Shown piece after piece: positions 16,082-25,832 of a stretch of DNA of 64,000 nucleotides. The position numbers were made by a program, and so were the translations under genes. The stretch is from an uncultured delta proteobacterium (GTDB lineage: Bacteria; Myxococcota_A; Polyangia; Polyangiales; Houyiibacteriaceae). Each line of letters starts with the position of its first letter. Position 1 is the first letter of the stretch. The stretch is taken from positions 255,006-319,005 of the forward strand of contig CAWFPD010000013.1 in NCBI GenBank assembly GCA_963817725.1, given 5' to 3'. Under the pieces are notes generated by a model. The model had not been told where the DNA came from. It worked only from the letters and a program-made list of their open reading frames with translations, and did no database searches.

Positions 16082-17593
16082 ATGAGCCACCGTTTTGCTT
16101 GGGCCGTCGCTGCAGTCATCGTTCTCAGCGCCGATCATGGATCTGCACAAGAGCCGGACATTCATCTCGAAGGCTTCGTTCCCGAAGGACCGGAAACCCA
16201 CTTCTTCGTCGAGTTCCAGGTTCCGGAGGGAATCGTCGAGATCGAAGTTCGGCACGACGACCTGTCCTCGGTGAACATCCTCGATTGGGGTCTCGACGAT
16301 CCCAACGGTTTTCGAGGATGGGGCGGGGGGAACAGCGAGCCTGCGATCGTTGGCATCGAAGCCGCCTCGCGAAGCTACGTTCCCGGTCCCATCCCAGCAG
16401 GCACCTGGGAGGTCGTGGTGGGCAAGGCGCAGATCGCAGAAACCCCGGCGCCGTATCAGATCGACATCTTCCTGCGAACGGAAGCCACGCTGCCCCCACA
16501 GCCACGCGCGCCGTATCAAGACCCAGGAGTGCTCGACGATCAGGCACGCTGGTATGCAGGTGATTTTCACGTACACACCCGCCAGAGCGGAGATGCGACG
16601 CCGACCATTCCCGAAACGCTCGCGTTCGCGCAGGGGGTCGGGCTCGATTTCGTCATGCTCTCCGAGCACAACACCAACAGTGGCCTCACGCTATACGCCG
16701 ACGCGCAGCCCGACTTTCCGGATCTACTCATCATTCCTGGCGTCGAGTGGACCACCTATTCGGGGCACGCCAACGCGCTCGGTGCCACTCAGTGGGTCGA
16801 TCACAAGATCGGGGTGGGGGGCGTAACCACGGCAGGAGCCATTCAGGAGTACAAAGACCAGGGCGCCCTGTTTTCGATCAACCACCCTTCATCTGTGGGA
16901 GCGCCGATCTGCATCGGCTGCCGTTGGGAAATCCCGGTCGATCCCGCGAGTATCGACGGCGTCGAGGTGCAGAGCAGCATCTGGCTTGGCGTGACCTTCT
17001 GGGAGCAGCTGTGCGCGGACGGCTCGCACGCCAGCGCGCTTGGTGGCAGTGACGACCACCGTGCAGGTCAAGGAACGAGCCTCACCGATCGGCCCATCGG
17101 GACGCCCACTACGATGGTGTACGCCACTGAGCTCAGCGTCGACGCCATCATCGAAGGTGTTCGCAACGGGCGGACCGTAGTGAAAATCAACGGCATCGAT
17201 GGGCCGATGATCGAGACCGAGCTCACGGGGGAACGATCCGGGGATACCGTATTTTCGGACATGTCGACGCTCTCCGCCGTGGTGACCCAGGGTGTGGGTA
17301 GGAGCCTGCAGGTGATCAAGAACGGTGAAGTGCTCGATACGGTTTCCATTACCAGCGACCCCTTCACGCACGAGATGACTGTGCAGGCGCCCGCAGAGGG
17401 CGAAGACCGATATCGCTACCAAGTGGTGACGAACAACACCCCGGAGGCCGTCGGCAGTTATGTTTGGCTGCGGGCTCCGGAGCCGAGTGGGAGTGGGTGC
17501 GCTATCGCGACCAACACCGAGACCGACACCGCATTCGTGTTCGGCGCGGTGTCGCTCCTGCTCTTGTGGCGGCGGCGGCGCGGTCGGCGGTGA
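16082..17593 (+). CDS. Secreted PHP-domain metallohydrolase (CehA/McbA-like) with MYXO-CTERM-like anchor
   Basis: Signal peptide, GDFHVHT, SEHN, GVEWT..GHA, NHP, GGSDDH; C-terminal GSGCAIA...LLLLWRRRR. Confidence 0.82.
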   Translation: MSHRFAWAVAAVIVLSADHGSAQEPDIHLEGFVPEGPETHFFVEFQVPEGIVEIEVRHDDLSSVNILDWGLDDPNGFRGWGGGNSEPAIVGIEAASRSYVPGPIPAGTWEVVVGKAQIAETPAPYQIDIFLRTEATLPPQPRAPYQDPGVLDDQARWYAGDFHVHTRQSGDATPTIPETLAFAQGVGLDFVMLSEHNTNSGLTLYADAQPDFPDLLIIPGVEWTTYSGHANALGATQWVDHKIGVGGVTTAGAIQEYKDQGALFSINHPSSVGAPICIGCRWEIPVDPASIDGVEVQSSIWLGVTFWEQLCADGSHASALGGSDDHRAGQGTSLTDRPIGTPTTMVYATELSVDAIIEGVRNGRTVVKINGIDGPMIETELTGERSGDTVFSDMSTLSAVVTQGVGRSLQVIKNGEVLDTVSITSDPFTHEMTVQAPAEGEDRYRYQVVTNNTPEAVGSYVWLRAPEPSGSGCAIATNTETDTAFVFGAVSLLLLWRRRRGRR

Positions 17594-17596
17594 TGC

Positions 17597-18232
17597 TCAA
17601 CGCGTTCGTTCACGACGCCGAAGCACGTGCCGGAGTCGCGATCGCTCGTCTCGTTCGCGCTCTTCTAACATGCGCTTCAGGGAGCTGAGCTCTGCGCTCA
17701 GGGCCGGCTCCACCCGAAGCTGCAACGTATTGACTTGTCGCGTGGCTTTGGCGAGCGCATCTCCAAGACGGCGTACAAGCTGTTCTTTGGGGAGCGCCTC
17801 GATCACCAGCTCGATCAACCGCTCGAATTCGGTCGCCGTTTGGGCCGCTGCGGGACCCACCGAGGCGGCCGCCGTTTCCCGTGCGGCGAGCGTTCGCTGA
17901 ACCGGCGTGTGCGAGACCACCGACGGCACGGCAATGCCCCAAACCTGATGGTGCGCGATATCGACCTCGATCTCACGATCCGGCCAAGCATAGGTCTGCA
18001 ACCCAAATTCACCCGAGGACGCCAGGGCGCGCAGCAAGGCCTCGTAGGCTCTCATTGCTCGCTCCTCGACCTCTTGTCGCGCGTTGAGGGCGGGCCGGGC
18101 GCTTCGAAAAAGCTCCGTGATGAGGGCCTCACGCTTGCGATTCAAGAGCTCGCGGCCCTTCTTCACCCGCCCGAGCTGTGCGCTGGCCCGGACCAAGCCC
18201 GACCGGGTGGGGGGTACGGATCGCGTACTCAC
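17597..18232 (-). CDS. ntpD: A/V-type ATP synthase subunit D
   Basis: PTRSGL...GRELLNRKREAL...TRQVNTLQ...LEERERDE. Confidence 0.88.
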   Translation of the reverse strand: MSTRSVPPTRSGLVRASAQLGRVKKGRELLNRKREALITELFRSARPALNARQEVEERAMRAYEALLRALASSGEFGLQTYAWPDREIEVDIAHHQVWGIAVPSVVSHTPVQRTLAARETAAASVGPAAAQTATEFERLIELVIEALPKEQLVRRLGDALAKATRQVNTLQLRVEPALSAELSSLKRMLEERERDERSRLRHVLRRRERTR

Positions 18233-19635
18233 GAGCTTTCCTCCCTCTGGCCGCCGTGGGGCCGGGCTTCCCAGCTCTTATCCGCGATTCGAGTCAGCTC
18301 GTCCCGAGGCAGCGTTTCGAGCAGAGACCATCCAATGCCAATCGTATCGGAAAGAGTGCGACGCGAACGGCCCTGGTTGATGAATGTCCTTTCGAACTCG
18401 TCGATGAAATCGAGCGCCCGGCGGTCGCCCGGGGTCAGCCCGTCCCTGCCGACGATCGCGGCCATCAGCTTTGCCTCGCGGCCGCGCGCGTAGATGGAAT
18501 ACATCTGATCGGCCCACTCACGGTGCTCTGCCACCGTGTGATCCTTGCCGATCCCGGCGTTCATCAGACGTGAAAGAGAGGGAAGCACGTCGACTGGTGG
18601 ATAGATGGCGCGTTGATGGAGCTCGCGGCTCAACACGATCTGACCTTCGGTGATGTAACCGGTCAGATCGGGGATGGGATGAGTGATGTCGTCGTCGGGT
18701 AGCGTGACCACGGGTAGCTGTGTCACCGATCCGGGGCTATCCTTCAGCACGCCGGCGCGCTCGAAAAGGCTCGCCAAGTCGGTATACATGTAGCCCGGGT
18801 AGCCCCGACGTCCCGGAATCTCCTCCCGGGCAGCCGCCACTTCGCGCAAGGCTTCGGCGTAGTGGGTGATGTCGGCCATGACGACCAGCACGTGGACACC
18901 GTGCTTGAATGCCAAATGCTCCGCGGCAGTCAGGGCGACACGCGGCGTGAGTAGGCGCTCGATGGTGGGATCAGCAGCTTGATTCAAGAAAAGCACCGTT
19001 CGCTCCATCACCTCGCTCTCGCGAAACCGCGAGACGAACGATTGGGTTTCACGCTCGGTGATTCCAATTGCGGCAAACACGACGGCGAAAGGCTCCCCGC
19101 GCGCGGGTCTCGCATTTTCGACGATGTCGGCGGCAAGCTCGACGCCAGGCAGCCCCGGCCCAGAGAAAACGGGAAGCTTCTGGCCGCGAACGAGCGTGTT
19201 CATCCCATCGATCGCGGAAACGCCCGTCTCGATGAAGTCCGACGGATGATGCCGGCGCACCGGGTTGATCGGCGCGCCCCAGATGGGGAGCCGGGCCTCG
19301 CCGATGGGCGGCGGCAGACCATCGAGCGGAGCGCCCGTGCCGCTGAGCGCGCGGCCGAGCAGGTCCTTTCCGACGACCGTCGTGGCAGTTTCGCCAGTCA
19401 GCGTGATCTTCGAGTTGGCCGGTCTGAGGCCGAGCGTGTCTTCGAACACCTGAATCACGGTCACCTCGGTGCCCACGTCGATGACCTGCCCGCGCCGTTG
19501 ATCCTGTCCTTGTCCTTCGATGAGAACCCACTCGCCGAGCTTCGCCCGCCTGGTCGAATTGACGAAAAGCAAAGGACCTGCGGCAGAAGCGGCACCGGCG
19601 TACGTTCGTGCAATCGGTATGTCGAGACGTTTCAT
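18229..19635 (-). CDS. ntpB: A/V-type ATP synthase subunit B
   Basis: TGVSAIDGMNTLVRGQKLPVFSG, PGRRGYPGYMYTDLA, DITHPIPDLTGYITEGQI; true ATG 19635. Confidence 0.95.
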   Translation of the reverse strand: MKRLDIPIARTYAGAASAAGPLLFVNSTRRAKLGEWVLIEGQGQDQRRGQVIDVGTEVTVIQVFEDTLGLRPANSKITLTGETATTVVGKDLLGRALSGTGAPLDGLPPPIGEARLPIWGAPINPVRRHHPSDFIETGVSAIDGMNTLVRGQKLPVFSGPGLPGVELAADIVENARPARGEPFAVVFAAIGITERETQSFVSRFRESEVMERTVLFLNQAADPTIERLLTPRVALTAAEHLAFKHGVHVLVVMADITHYAEALREVAAAREEIPGRRGYPGYMYTDLASLFERAGVLKDSPGSVTQLPVVTLPDDDITHPIPDLTGYITEGQIVLSRELHQRAIYPPVDVLPSLSRLMNAGIGKDHTVAEHREWADQMYSIYARGREAKLMAAIVGRDGLTPGDRRALDFIDEFERTFINQGRSRRTLSDTIGIGWSLLETLPRDELTRIADKSWEARPHGGQREESS

Positions 19636-21368
19636 TCGCTCCTCATGTCCGAGATCACTCGTTCGGCGTCGGCAATGCGCTGCTCGAGCGTGTCGGGCGA
19701 AGCCGTCTTCACTGCGCCAAAGGCGACTCGCACGGCCGCCAGGTCGAGCTTGTCGAAGCTCACATCCTGTTCGAGCGCTGACTGTCCAGTGCTCATGAGA
19801 TGCCAGAGAAGGCGGGCCAAGTGATAGGTCTTCGAGACCGATGAAAACGCATCGTGGGGGTGGAAAGCATTTTGTCCGATCAAGAACTCTCTTGCGATCC
19901 GGGCGCCCTCCAACACCAGGCGGTCCTGGTCTTCGAGCGCTTCGACTCCCACCAGGCCTGCAATTTCCCGCAACTCCCGGTCCCGCTGCAAGAGGCGAAT
20001 CGTTTCGGTCCGCAGCTTCGGCCAATCCGCACCGCCTTCCGTGCCAAACCATGGAGTCGTGGCCTCGGCGTAGAGGCTGTAGCTCGTATCCCAATCGACG
20101 GCTGGGAATTGACGTTGGTGCGCGAGGCGAGGATCGAGCGCCCATAGCGCGCCGACGACACGCAGCGACGCCTGGGTGACCGGCTCGGCGAAGTCGCCGC
20201 CCGGCGGAGAAATGGCGGTGATGAAGGTGACGGCGCCCGTGCGCGCGGGCTCTCCTGCGTTCTCCACGCGGCCGGCCCGCTCGTACAAACGGCTCATGCG
20301 GCTCGCAAGATAGGTCGGATAGCCTTCCTCTCCTGGCATCTCCTGCAGGCGCGCAGCGATCTCGCGGAGCGCTTCGGCCCATCGGGAGAGCGAGTCCGCG
20401 AGGACTGCGACGTGGTAACCCATGTCCCGGTAGTACTCGGCGATGGTCATGCCCAGATACACGGACGCATCTCGGGCCGCCACGGGCATGTTGGAGGTGT
20501 TCACGATGAGAATGGTTCGATCCATGATCGACCGGCCCGTGAGCGGGTCGGTCAGTCGACCGAAGTCGTGCAGAACCTCTGCCATCTCGTTGCCTCGCTC
20601 TCCGCAACCGATGTAGACCATCACGTCGGCTTTGGCGTATTTCGCAAGAGACTGCTCGATGACGGTTTTGCCGGTGCCAAAACCGCCTGGAACGGCGACC
20701 GAGCCGCCCTCGACGACCGGGAATAAGAGATCGAACACACGCTGCCCCGTGATGAACGGGCGATCGCCAGGAAGACGCCGCTGCATCGGACGGCGCTCGC
20801 GGATCGGCCACGTCTGAGACAAGGACAGCGGCGTTCCGTCCTCCAGTCTGCCCACTTCGTCCGAGACGACGAAGTCTCCCCCTCGAAGGTCCTCGAGCCG
20901 GCCTTCGACACCTGGTGGCACGAGCACGCGATGGGTCATCCCTGGCCGTTCTTCGATGACACCCAGGACGTCCCCGCCACGGACGGTGACTCCGCGCTCC
21001 ACGGTCGGTGAAAACGCCCACCGCGCCGTGGGGTCGAGCGTTGGCAGGGTCATGCCTGGGGCCAAGAAGTCGCCCGACTGGTCGGCGAGACCTTGCAGGG
21101 GGCGCCCAATGCCATCGAGAATCGAACCGAGCAGACCCGGTCCGAGCTGGGTCATGAGCGAGCTGCCGGTTCGCCGCACGGGTTCCTCGAGCGCAAGCCC
21201 GCTGGTTTCCTCGAAGACCTGGATCGTGGCGACGTCGTCTCGAAGGCGAATCACCTCACCCAAAAGACGCCTCTCTCCGACTTCGACGAGCTCGTAGAGG
21301 GCGGCGTCGCCCAAAGGCGTGGCCTCTGCGATTGCGCCGACGATACGCGTGATCCGTGCGTCGGTCAT
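19632..21368 (-). CDS. ntpA: A/V-type ATP synthase subunit A
   Basis: PGGFGTGKTV, GCGERGNEM, NTSNMPVAAR, MPGEEGYPTYL; ATG 21368. Confidence 0.95.
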   Translation of the reverse strand: MTDARITRIVGAIAEATPLGDAALYELVEVGERRLLGEVIRLRDDVATIQVFEETSGLALEEPVRRTGSSLMTQLGPGLLGSILDGIGRPLQGLADQSGDFLAPGMTLPTLDPTARWAFSPTVERGVTVRGGDVLGVIEERPGMTHRVLVPPGVEGRLEDLRGGDFVVSDEVGRLEDGTPLSLSQTWPIRERRPMQRRLPGDRPFITGQRVFDLLFPVVEGGSVAVPGGFGTGKTVIEQSLAKYAKADVMVYIGCGERGNEMAEVLHDFGRLTDPLTGRSIMDRTILIVNTSNMPVAARDASVYLGMTIAEYYRDMGYHVAVLADSLSRWAEALREIAARLQEMPGEEGYPTYLASRMSRLYERAGRVENAGEPARTGAVTFITAISPPGGDFAEPVTQASLRVVGALWALDPRLAHQRQFPAVDWDTSYSLYAEATTPWFGTEGGADWPKLRTETIRLLQRDRELREIAGLVGVEALEDQDRLVLEGARIAREFLIGQNAFHPHDAFSSVSKTYHLARLLWHLMSTGQSALEQDVSFDKLDLAAVRVAFGAVKTASPDTLEQRIADAERVISDMRSE

Positions 21369-21694
21369 TGAAGCCTCACTCGGTAGCCAATGGCGCGCCG
21401 AAGAATCTCGACGATGTACTCGTGGGCCGATGATTCCGCGGTCCACTTGGGTCCGGGTACGGGGATGACGACGGGAAACGCGGCACGCCGGAGCGTGCGG
21501 CTCGTCTCTTCCGGCAGATCCTCGTGCAACGATTCCTCGATGATGACCACGCCCGACCGGTCCTCTTCGACCAGCTTCTCGAGGCGCTCGGCAGCGTGGG
21601 CGCCGTCCGTCGCCTCGAGCACCCTGACGCCAGCCAGGGAGAATCCCGCGCTCAAGCCCGGGCCGGCGATCACCACGAGCCGTCGTTCCGTCAT
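21365..21694 (-). CDS. ntpF: A/V-type ATP synthase subunit F
   Basis: GFSLAGV...PVVIPVP...ILRRAIG; 109 aa from ATG 21694. Confidence 0.85.
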   Translation of the reverse strand: MTERRLVVIAGPGLSAGFSLAGVRVLEATDGAHAAERLEKLVEEDRSGVVIIEESLHEDLPEETSRTLRRAAFPVVIPVPGPKWTAESSAHEYIVEILRRAIGYRVRLQ

Positions 21695-22704
21695 AACACC
21701 AACTCCGCTTGAATGAGCGCCGCAGGGGCCCTGAGCGCAATGCCCCACAGGATGCGCCTCAAGTTGAGGACCTCCGCTCGAAGCTCGAGCGCAAATGCGA
21801 TGATCGGCGCGGCACTGGAGGGGTCCAGGCGCATGCACCGATGCTGCCAGGCGATCTGGGCCCGTAGCACTGCGGCATCCAGCTCGGTGACGCTTTGCAG
21901 CTCGGCCGCGAACGCCTCCGAGAGTGGAGAGGCACGCAACTCCCAGCCCAGCCGTCCTTGCACCGCGGCTTGGCCCTCTAGCTCGAAAAGCGCCTGAAAC
22001 GCCTCACGGCTAAGCCAATGGCCTCCTTCCACGAAAACCAGCTCCGCCATCGCTGGGTCTCGCTCGGGAAAGTGGAGCAAGGCAGACCAAGCGTTCATCA
22101 CGTCGATGACCTGCTGCACGTACTCGACCAACTGGTTGCCACCTCGAGGAGCGTTCCCGAGCGCGCGTTGGGCGAAAGCGCGTTGCAGCGCCACCTCGAC
22201 GTGCAGCAACGATGGATGAGGCTCGGTCACGGTAGAAACCAGAGGAGGGCCGAACGGATGGTCCCACAAAACCAGCATCCGAACGACATCAGCCGGCGTC
22301 GGCTGGCTCGCCAGAACCCGGAGCGCTCTTTCCGACAGGTGCATCGTTGGAACCAGCCCCGACATTCGGGTGTCCGATGCCGCGCCCTGAGCCGCTCCTC
22401 GAATGACCGTTTGGATCGATCGGCGATCCTCGTCTTCGAGCACGACGGCCAGCACGGCGTCACGGCCGTCGCTCGCCCATCGAGCTAAGATGGCCATCTG
22501 CTCGGCCGCTCGGCGTCGAACCTCACGCTCGAGGCTGGCAGGGGTCGAGGGAGCATCGGAGCGAGTGAAGCCGCGTGCGCTGAGCTCCCGTTGCAAAGCC
22601 GGGAGCGTGCCCGAGTGGGCGAGGCGCTCGAAATCCTGGGGCTGCAGCAGGTGCGTTCGAAGCCCTCGCGCGCGCGTGTTGATGTCTCCGAGGTACCTGG
22701 CCAT
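21691..22704 (-). CDS. ntpC: A/V-type ATP synthase subunit C (d)
   Basis: INTRARGLRTHLL N-terminus, EVLNLRRILWG C-terminus, operon position. Confidence 0.82.
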   Translation of the reverse strand: MARYLGDINTRARGLRTHLLQPQDFERLAHSGTLPALQRELSARGFTRSDAPSTPASLEREVRRRAAEQMAILARWASDGRDAVLAVVLEDEDRRSIQTVIRGAAQGAASDTRMSGLVPTMHLSERALRVLASQPTPADVVRMLVLWDHPFGPPLVSTVTEPHPSLLHVEVALQRAFAQRALGNAPRGGNQLVEYVQQVIDVMNAWSALLHFPERDPAMAELVFVEGGHWLSREAFQALFELEGQAAVQGRLGWELRASPLSEAFAAELQSVTELDAAVLRAQIAWQHRCMRLDPSSAAPIIAFALELRAEVLNLRRILWGIALRAPAALIQAELVL

Positions 22705-22706
22705 CG

Positions 22707-23285
22707 TCAGATTTCTTCGAGTCGCTTGTGGATTTCGATCGCCAAGGTCGAAGCGAGGCGGTCGAGCCTGGTTTCAAGCGTGCTGTCAACGACGACGGAT
22801 TGGTCTTCGCCGACGACCCTGAAGCCGCTATCGCCGGTGGGTTCGGTCTCGACGGATACGTTGGGCAGGGCGCGTGCCTGCTCGAGCATCGCGGGCCGCA
22901 GGGCCTCCGAGCACCGCACGAACGCCCCTTGCTCTCCGACGAAGGCGAGTGCGTCTCCCAGCTCGCGCCCGAGCATCGAGGTGTAAGCTTCGCTACGTAC
23001 GGCCTCGGGAAGCCGTGTCCGCGCCTCCTCAAGCACCCGGTCGACGACACTTGCCTTCGCAAGAAGCACCGCTCGCATCGCAGCATGCCGTTGTGCCGCC
23101 ACCTGGGCGTGCGCATGGGCCCGACGCTCTCGATCCTCCTTTTGCAGGACCGCTTGCCTCCGCTCCTCGATGCGGCGGCCCGCTTCCTCCGTGAGACGGT
23201 CGGCCTCCGCACGCGCCTCGGCCATGATCGACTCGGCGGTCCGCTCCGCCCGAAGGCGGAGCTCGCTACGAAGATCCGTGGGCAC
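22707..23285 (-). CDS. ntpE: A/V-type ATP synthase subunit E
   Basis: Coiled-coil N-terminus, GFRV...VVDSTLETRL C-terminus, operon position. Confidence 0.8.
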   Translation of the reverse strand: MPTDLRSELRLRAERTAESIMAEARAEADRLTEEAGRRIEERRQAVLQKEDRERRAHAHAQVAAQRHAAMRAVLLAKASVVDRVLEEARTRLPEAVRSEAYTSMLGRELGDALAFVGEQGAFVRCSEALRPAMLEQARALPNVSVETEPTGDSGFRVVGEDQSVVVDSTLETRLDRLASTLAIEIHKRLEEI

Positions 23286-23291
23286 TGCCTC

Positions 23292-23513
23292 TCAGCCTTG
23301 CGCTTGCAGAAGGATCAGCACGGATACGACGAAACCGAGGATCGCGACCGTTTCCGGGATCGCAATCAACAGAATGACGGTGACGGACATTTCAGGCTTC
23401 TCCGCCAGCGTCGCGGCCGCTGCCGGACCGATCCGCGACTGAGCCCAGGCGGTGGCCAAGGCGGGGATGGCGAGGGCCAGCGCTGCGCTGAAGTACAGTG
23501 AAACCATTTCCAT
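23292..23513 (-). CDS. ntpK: A/V-type ATP synthase proteolipid subunit K (c), single hairpin
   Basis: 73 aa, AWAQSRIG...AEKPE...IAIPETVAILG. Confidence 0.9.
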   Translation of the reverse strand: MEMVSLYFSAALALAIPALATAWAQSRIGPAAAATLAEKPEMSVTVILLIAIPETVAILGFVVSVLILLQAQG

Positions 23514-23514
23514 A

Positions 23515-25407
23515 TCATTTGCTCCTCTCTGCAGATGCAGTTTGTCGTGCAGACCAATGTCGAAAGGGTTGGTATTGCGAACCCCCCGGGCTGTAGAACT
23601 TCTGAAAAAACTCCACATAGTGAAGTCGAAGCAAGTGAATCGTCGGACTGAAAACTCCGATGACGAAATTGATCAGATGAAAGAGTAGGGCAAAGAGCAC
23701 ACCGACCACGACGCCGCCAAACGCGCCTATCATTCGGTTTGCGACGACGGCCATCATGACCGACGCGGTGCCGACTGCCATGATACGTGCGTAGGAAAGG
23801 ACGTTGCCGAGGGTCGATACGAACTCGATGGGCGCGAGAACTCCCTCGCCGATGATGAGAATCGGAAAGGCCACCAAAACCGCGATGACGAGCGGGGTGA
23901 AGAAGCGGTGTGGGAGCATATCCGCGGCCGCCAGTAGGGCGAGGGCGATGAGCACGATCATCAGCGCGGCCATGCCTCGGCCGACGGCTTTGCGCTTGTC
24001 CCCTCGGAACTCCTGAACCGCCCCGATCAGCAGTCCGATCACGACGTGCACGACACCGAGCGCCACGGCGAGCCCCAAGAACGGGAAAAATGCCTCTTCC
24101 CGGTTGAAGATGATCGGGTGGAGCCCGATGTAGTGCCCGAGGTTGCCGAACAGCTCGCCGTACAGGAATCCGAAGATGATGCTGAAGAGTGCGCACGCGC
24201 CGCCTATTTCGGCAATGGACCGAACCTTCGAGCCAGGAGCCGATCGGAAGCGCAGGATGAGGGACACCGCGGCGAGCATCACGCCATAGCCGATGTCGCC
24301 GAGCATGATTCCAAAGAACATCGGAAACAGAATTGCGACGAAAGGGGTCGGATCCACCGATCCGTAGCTCGGCAGCGGCATCATGCTCGTGATCGCTTCG
24401 AATGGTCGGAACAAGCGGGGATTTTTGAGTACCACGGGAGCGGGATCTCCAGACCACTCGGACGACGCCATCGTGTCGACCTCGACACTATCTCCGAATG
24501 ATTGGCTGATTCGCCGTTCGAGGTCGGACAGAGCGGCGGCAGGAATCCATCCTTCGAGAACGAAGGCCCGGGGCGTGGTCACCGCCTTTTCCATCGCTTC
24601 GAGGGTACTGAGCTGATCGCGGATGAACGCCTGGATCTGGAGCAGCTCGCCCCCCCGGTCCGAGGCGATTTGCCGTCTCCGATTCTCGAGCTCGGCGAGC
24701 TCACCTGGCAACTGCGACAGGCGCTCCTGCATGCGCAGCATGGTGGCGCCCACGCTACGCTCCTCGAACTGGTCCGGTAGAGAAAGGGACTGAACCCCGG
24801 ACTCGCTGAGCAACTGCTCCGCCTCGCGCGCACTCGACGCGGGCACGGCGAGTAGCATGGCGGCCTCTCCCGCTTCGGAGGGCTGGCCGAGCAGCTCGAA
24901 GCCATCTCCGAGCGCCTCGCGCAGCACGGCGCGAAGACGGGCCAGGTCGCTTTTGCCACCCTCCCTCAGCACCAGGTAGAAGACGCGGATTCCATGGGCG
25001 TCTAGACCTGCCTCCATTCGCTGGAAAACGGCAAAGAAGGGTTGGAACTTGAGTATGAGGGATCGCTCTTCCTCGCGCGCTTTGCGCTCGTCGTGCAGTT
25101 TCTCGAGGTGCCTGCGGGCTCTTCCCGCAACCAGCGCCGCTTGGGGGAGCGTCCACTCTTGCCTGGTTCGAGGCGCCCGCAGCGTCTCTCCCTCGAGCAA
25201 CGTCAGAGCCGCCTCGGTGTCTTCAAGTACTTTGTGAATCATATGCATCCGGCGCTTTCCCTCGCGCGGGATGGTCAGGGGCTCGAGCGACTCCGTCTCC
25301 GGAGCGTCGATCAAATGCACCAAACCGACGTCCTGGATGCACAATAGGACCGATTGCAGCTGATCGATCGGACCGAGGATCCGGATGCGGGACATCTCCA
25401 GGATCAA
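23515..25407 (-). CDS. ntpI: A/V-type ATP synthase subunit I (a)
   Basis: DPTPFVAILFPMFFGIMLGDIGYG, LSYARIMA, IHLLRLHYVEFFQKFY. Confidence 0.93.
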   Translation of the reverse strand: MILEMSRIRILGPIDQLQSVLLCIQDVGLVHLIDAPETESLEPLTIPREGKRRMHMIHKVLEDTEAALTLLEGETLRAPRTRQEWTLPQAALVAGRARRHLEKLHDERKAREEERSLILKFQPFFAVFQRMEAGLDAHGIRVFYLVLREGGKSDLARLRAVLREALGDGFELLGQPSEAGEAAMLLAVPASSAREAEQLLSESGVQSLSLPDQFEERSVGATMLRMQERLSQLPGELAELENRRRQIASDRGGELLQIQAFIRDQLSTLEAMEKAVTTPRAFVLEGWIPAAALSDLERRISQSFGDSVEVDTMASSEWSGDPAPVVLKNPRLFRPFEAITSMMPLPSYGSVDPTPFVAILFPMFFGIMLGDIGYGVMLAAVSLILRFRSAPGSKVRSIAEIGGACALFSIIFGFLYGELFGNLGHYIGLHPIIFNREEAFFPFLGLAVALGVVHVVIGLLIGAVQEFRGDKRKAVGRGMAALMIVLIALALLAAADMLPHRFFTPLVIAVLVAFPILIIGEGVLAPIEFVSTLGNVLSYARIMAVGTASVMMAVVANRMIGAFGGVVVGVLFALLFHLINFVIGVFSPTIHLLRLHYVEFFQKFYSPGGSQYQPFRHWSARQTASAERSK

Positions 25408-25787
25408 TGACGCCCTCCGGCTTCATCGGTTCCGACCAGGAGTCGAACGACGTGATCGGCGAGCGCGCCGATCGTGTCGTCGCTGAGGTCGTCGAGTCTA
25501 GCGGTTTGTGCTTCGGCAGCGGCCTTGATGGAAGCTGCTTGCTCGTCGCGCTCCCGGGCGATCTGCGCGCGGATCGATTCCTTCTCCGCTTCCAGCCGTG
25601 ATGCGAGTTGATCGACGTGGCGTTGGGCCAGCGCTCGAGCCGTCTCCACCAGCTCAGCGGCCTGTCGCTTGGTCTCCTCCAGCATCCCGTCGAGCTCTCG
25701 CTCGGTTTCGAGGAGCCGCGCGAGCTTGTCCTCCGTGTGGGAGGTCGTGCCCTTGCTATCGATGTTTTTGCCGGTCGACACGTCCAA
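25404..25787 (-). CDS. A/V-type ATP synthase peripheral stalk subunit H/G
   Basis: Charged coiled-coil protein, first gene of operon, overlaps ntpI start. Confidence 0.7.
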   Translation of the reverse strand: MDVSTGKNIDSKGTTSHTEDKLARLLETERELDGMLEETKRQAAELVETARALAQRHVDQLASRLEAEKESIRAQIARERDEQAASIKAAAEAQTARLDDLSDDTIGALADHVVRLLVGTDEAGGRH

Positions 25788-25832
25788 CTACCCGCTTCCA
25801 AAGTACCAGAAGCCAGCCCGCCCGTGGGGCTG

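Noticed and set aside
18229-21021. 930-aa ORF suggesting a giant or fused ATPase B subunit
   Set aside because: The N-terminal half is an Arg-rich alternative frame over subunit A; the real B starts at ATG 19635 overlapping the A stop
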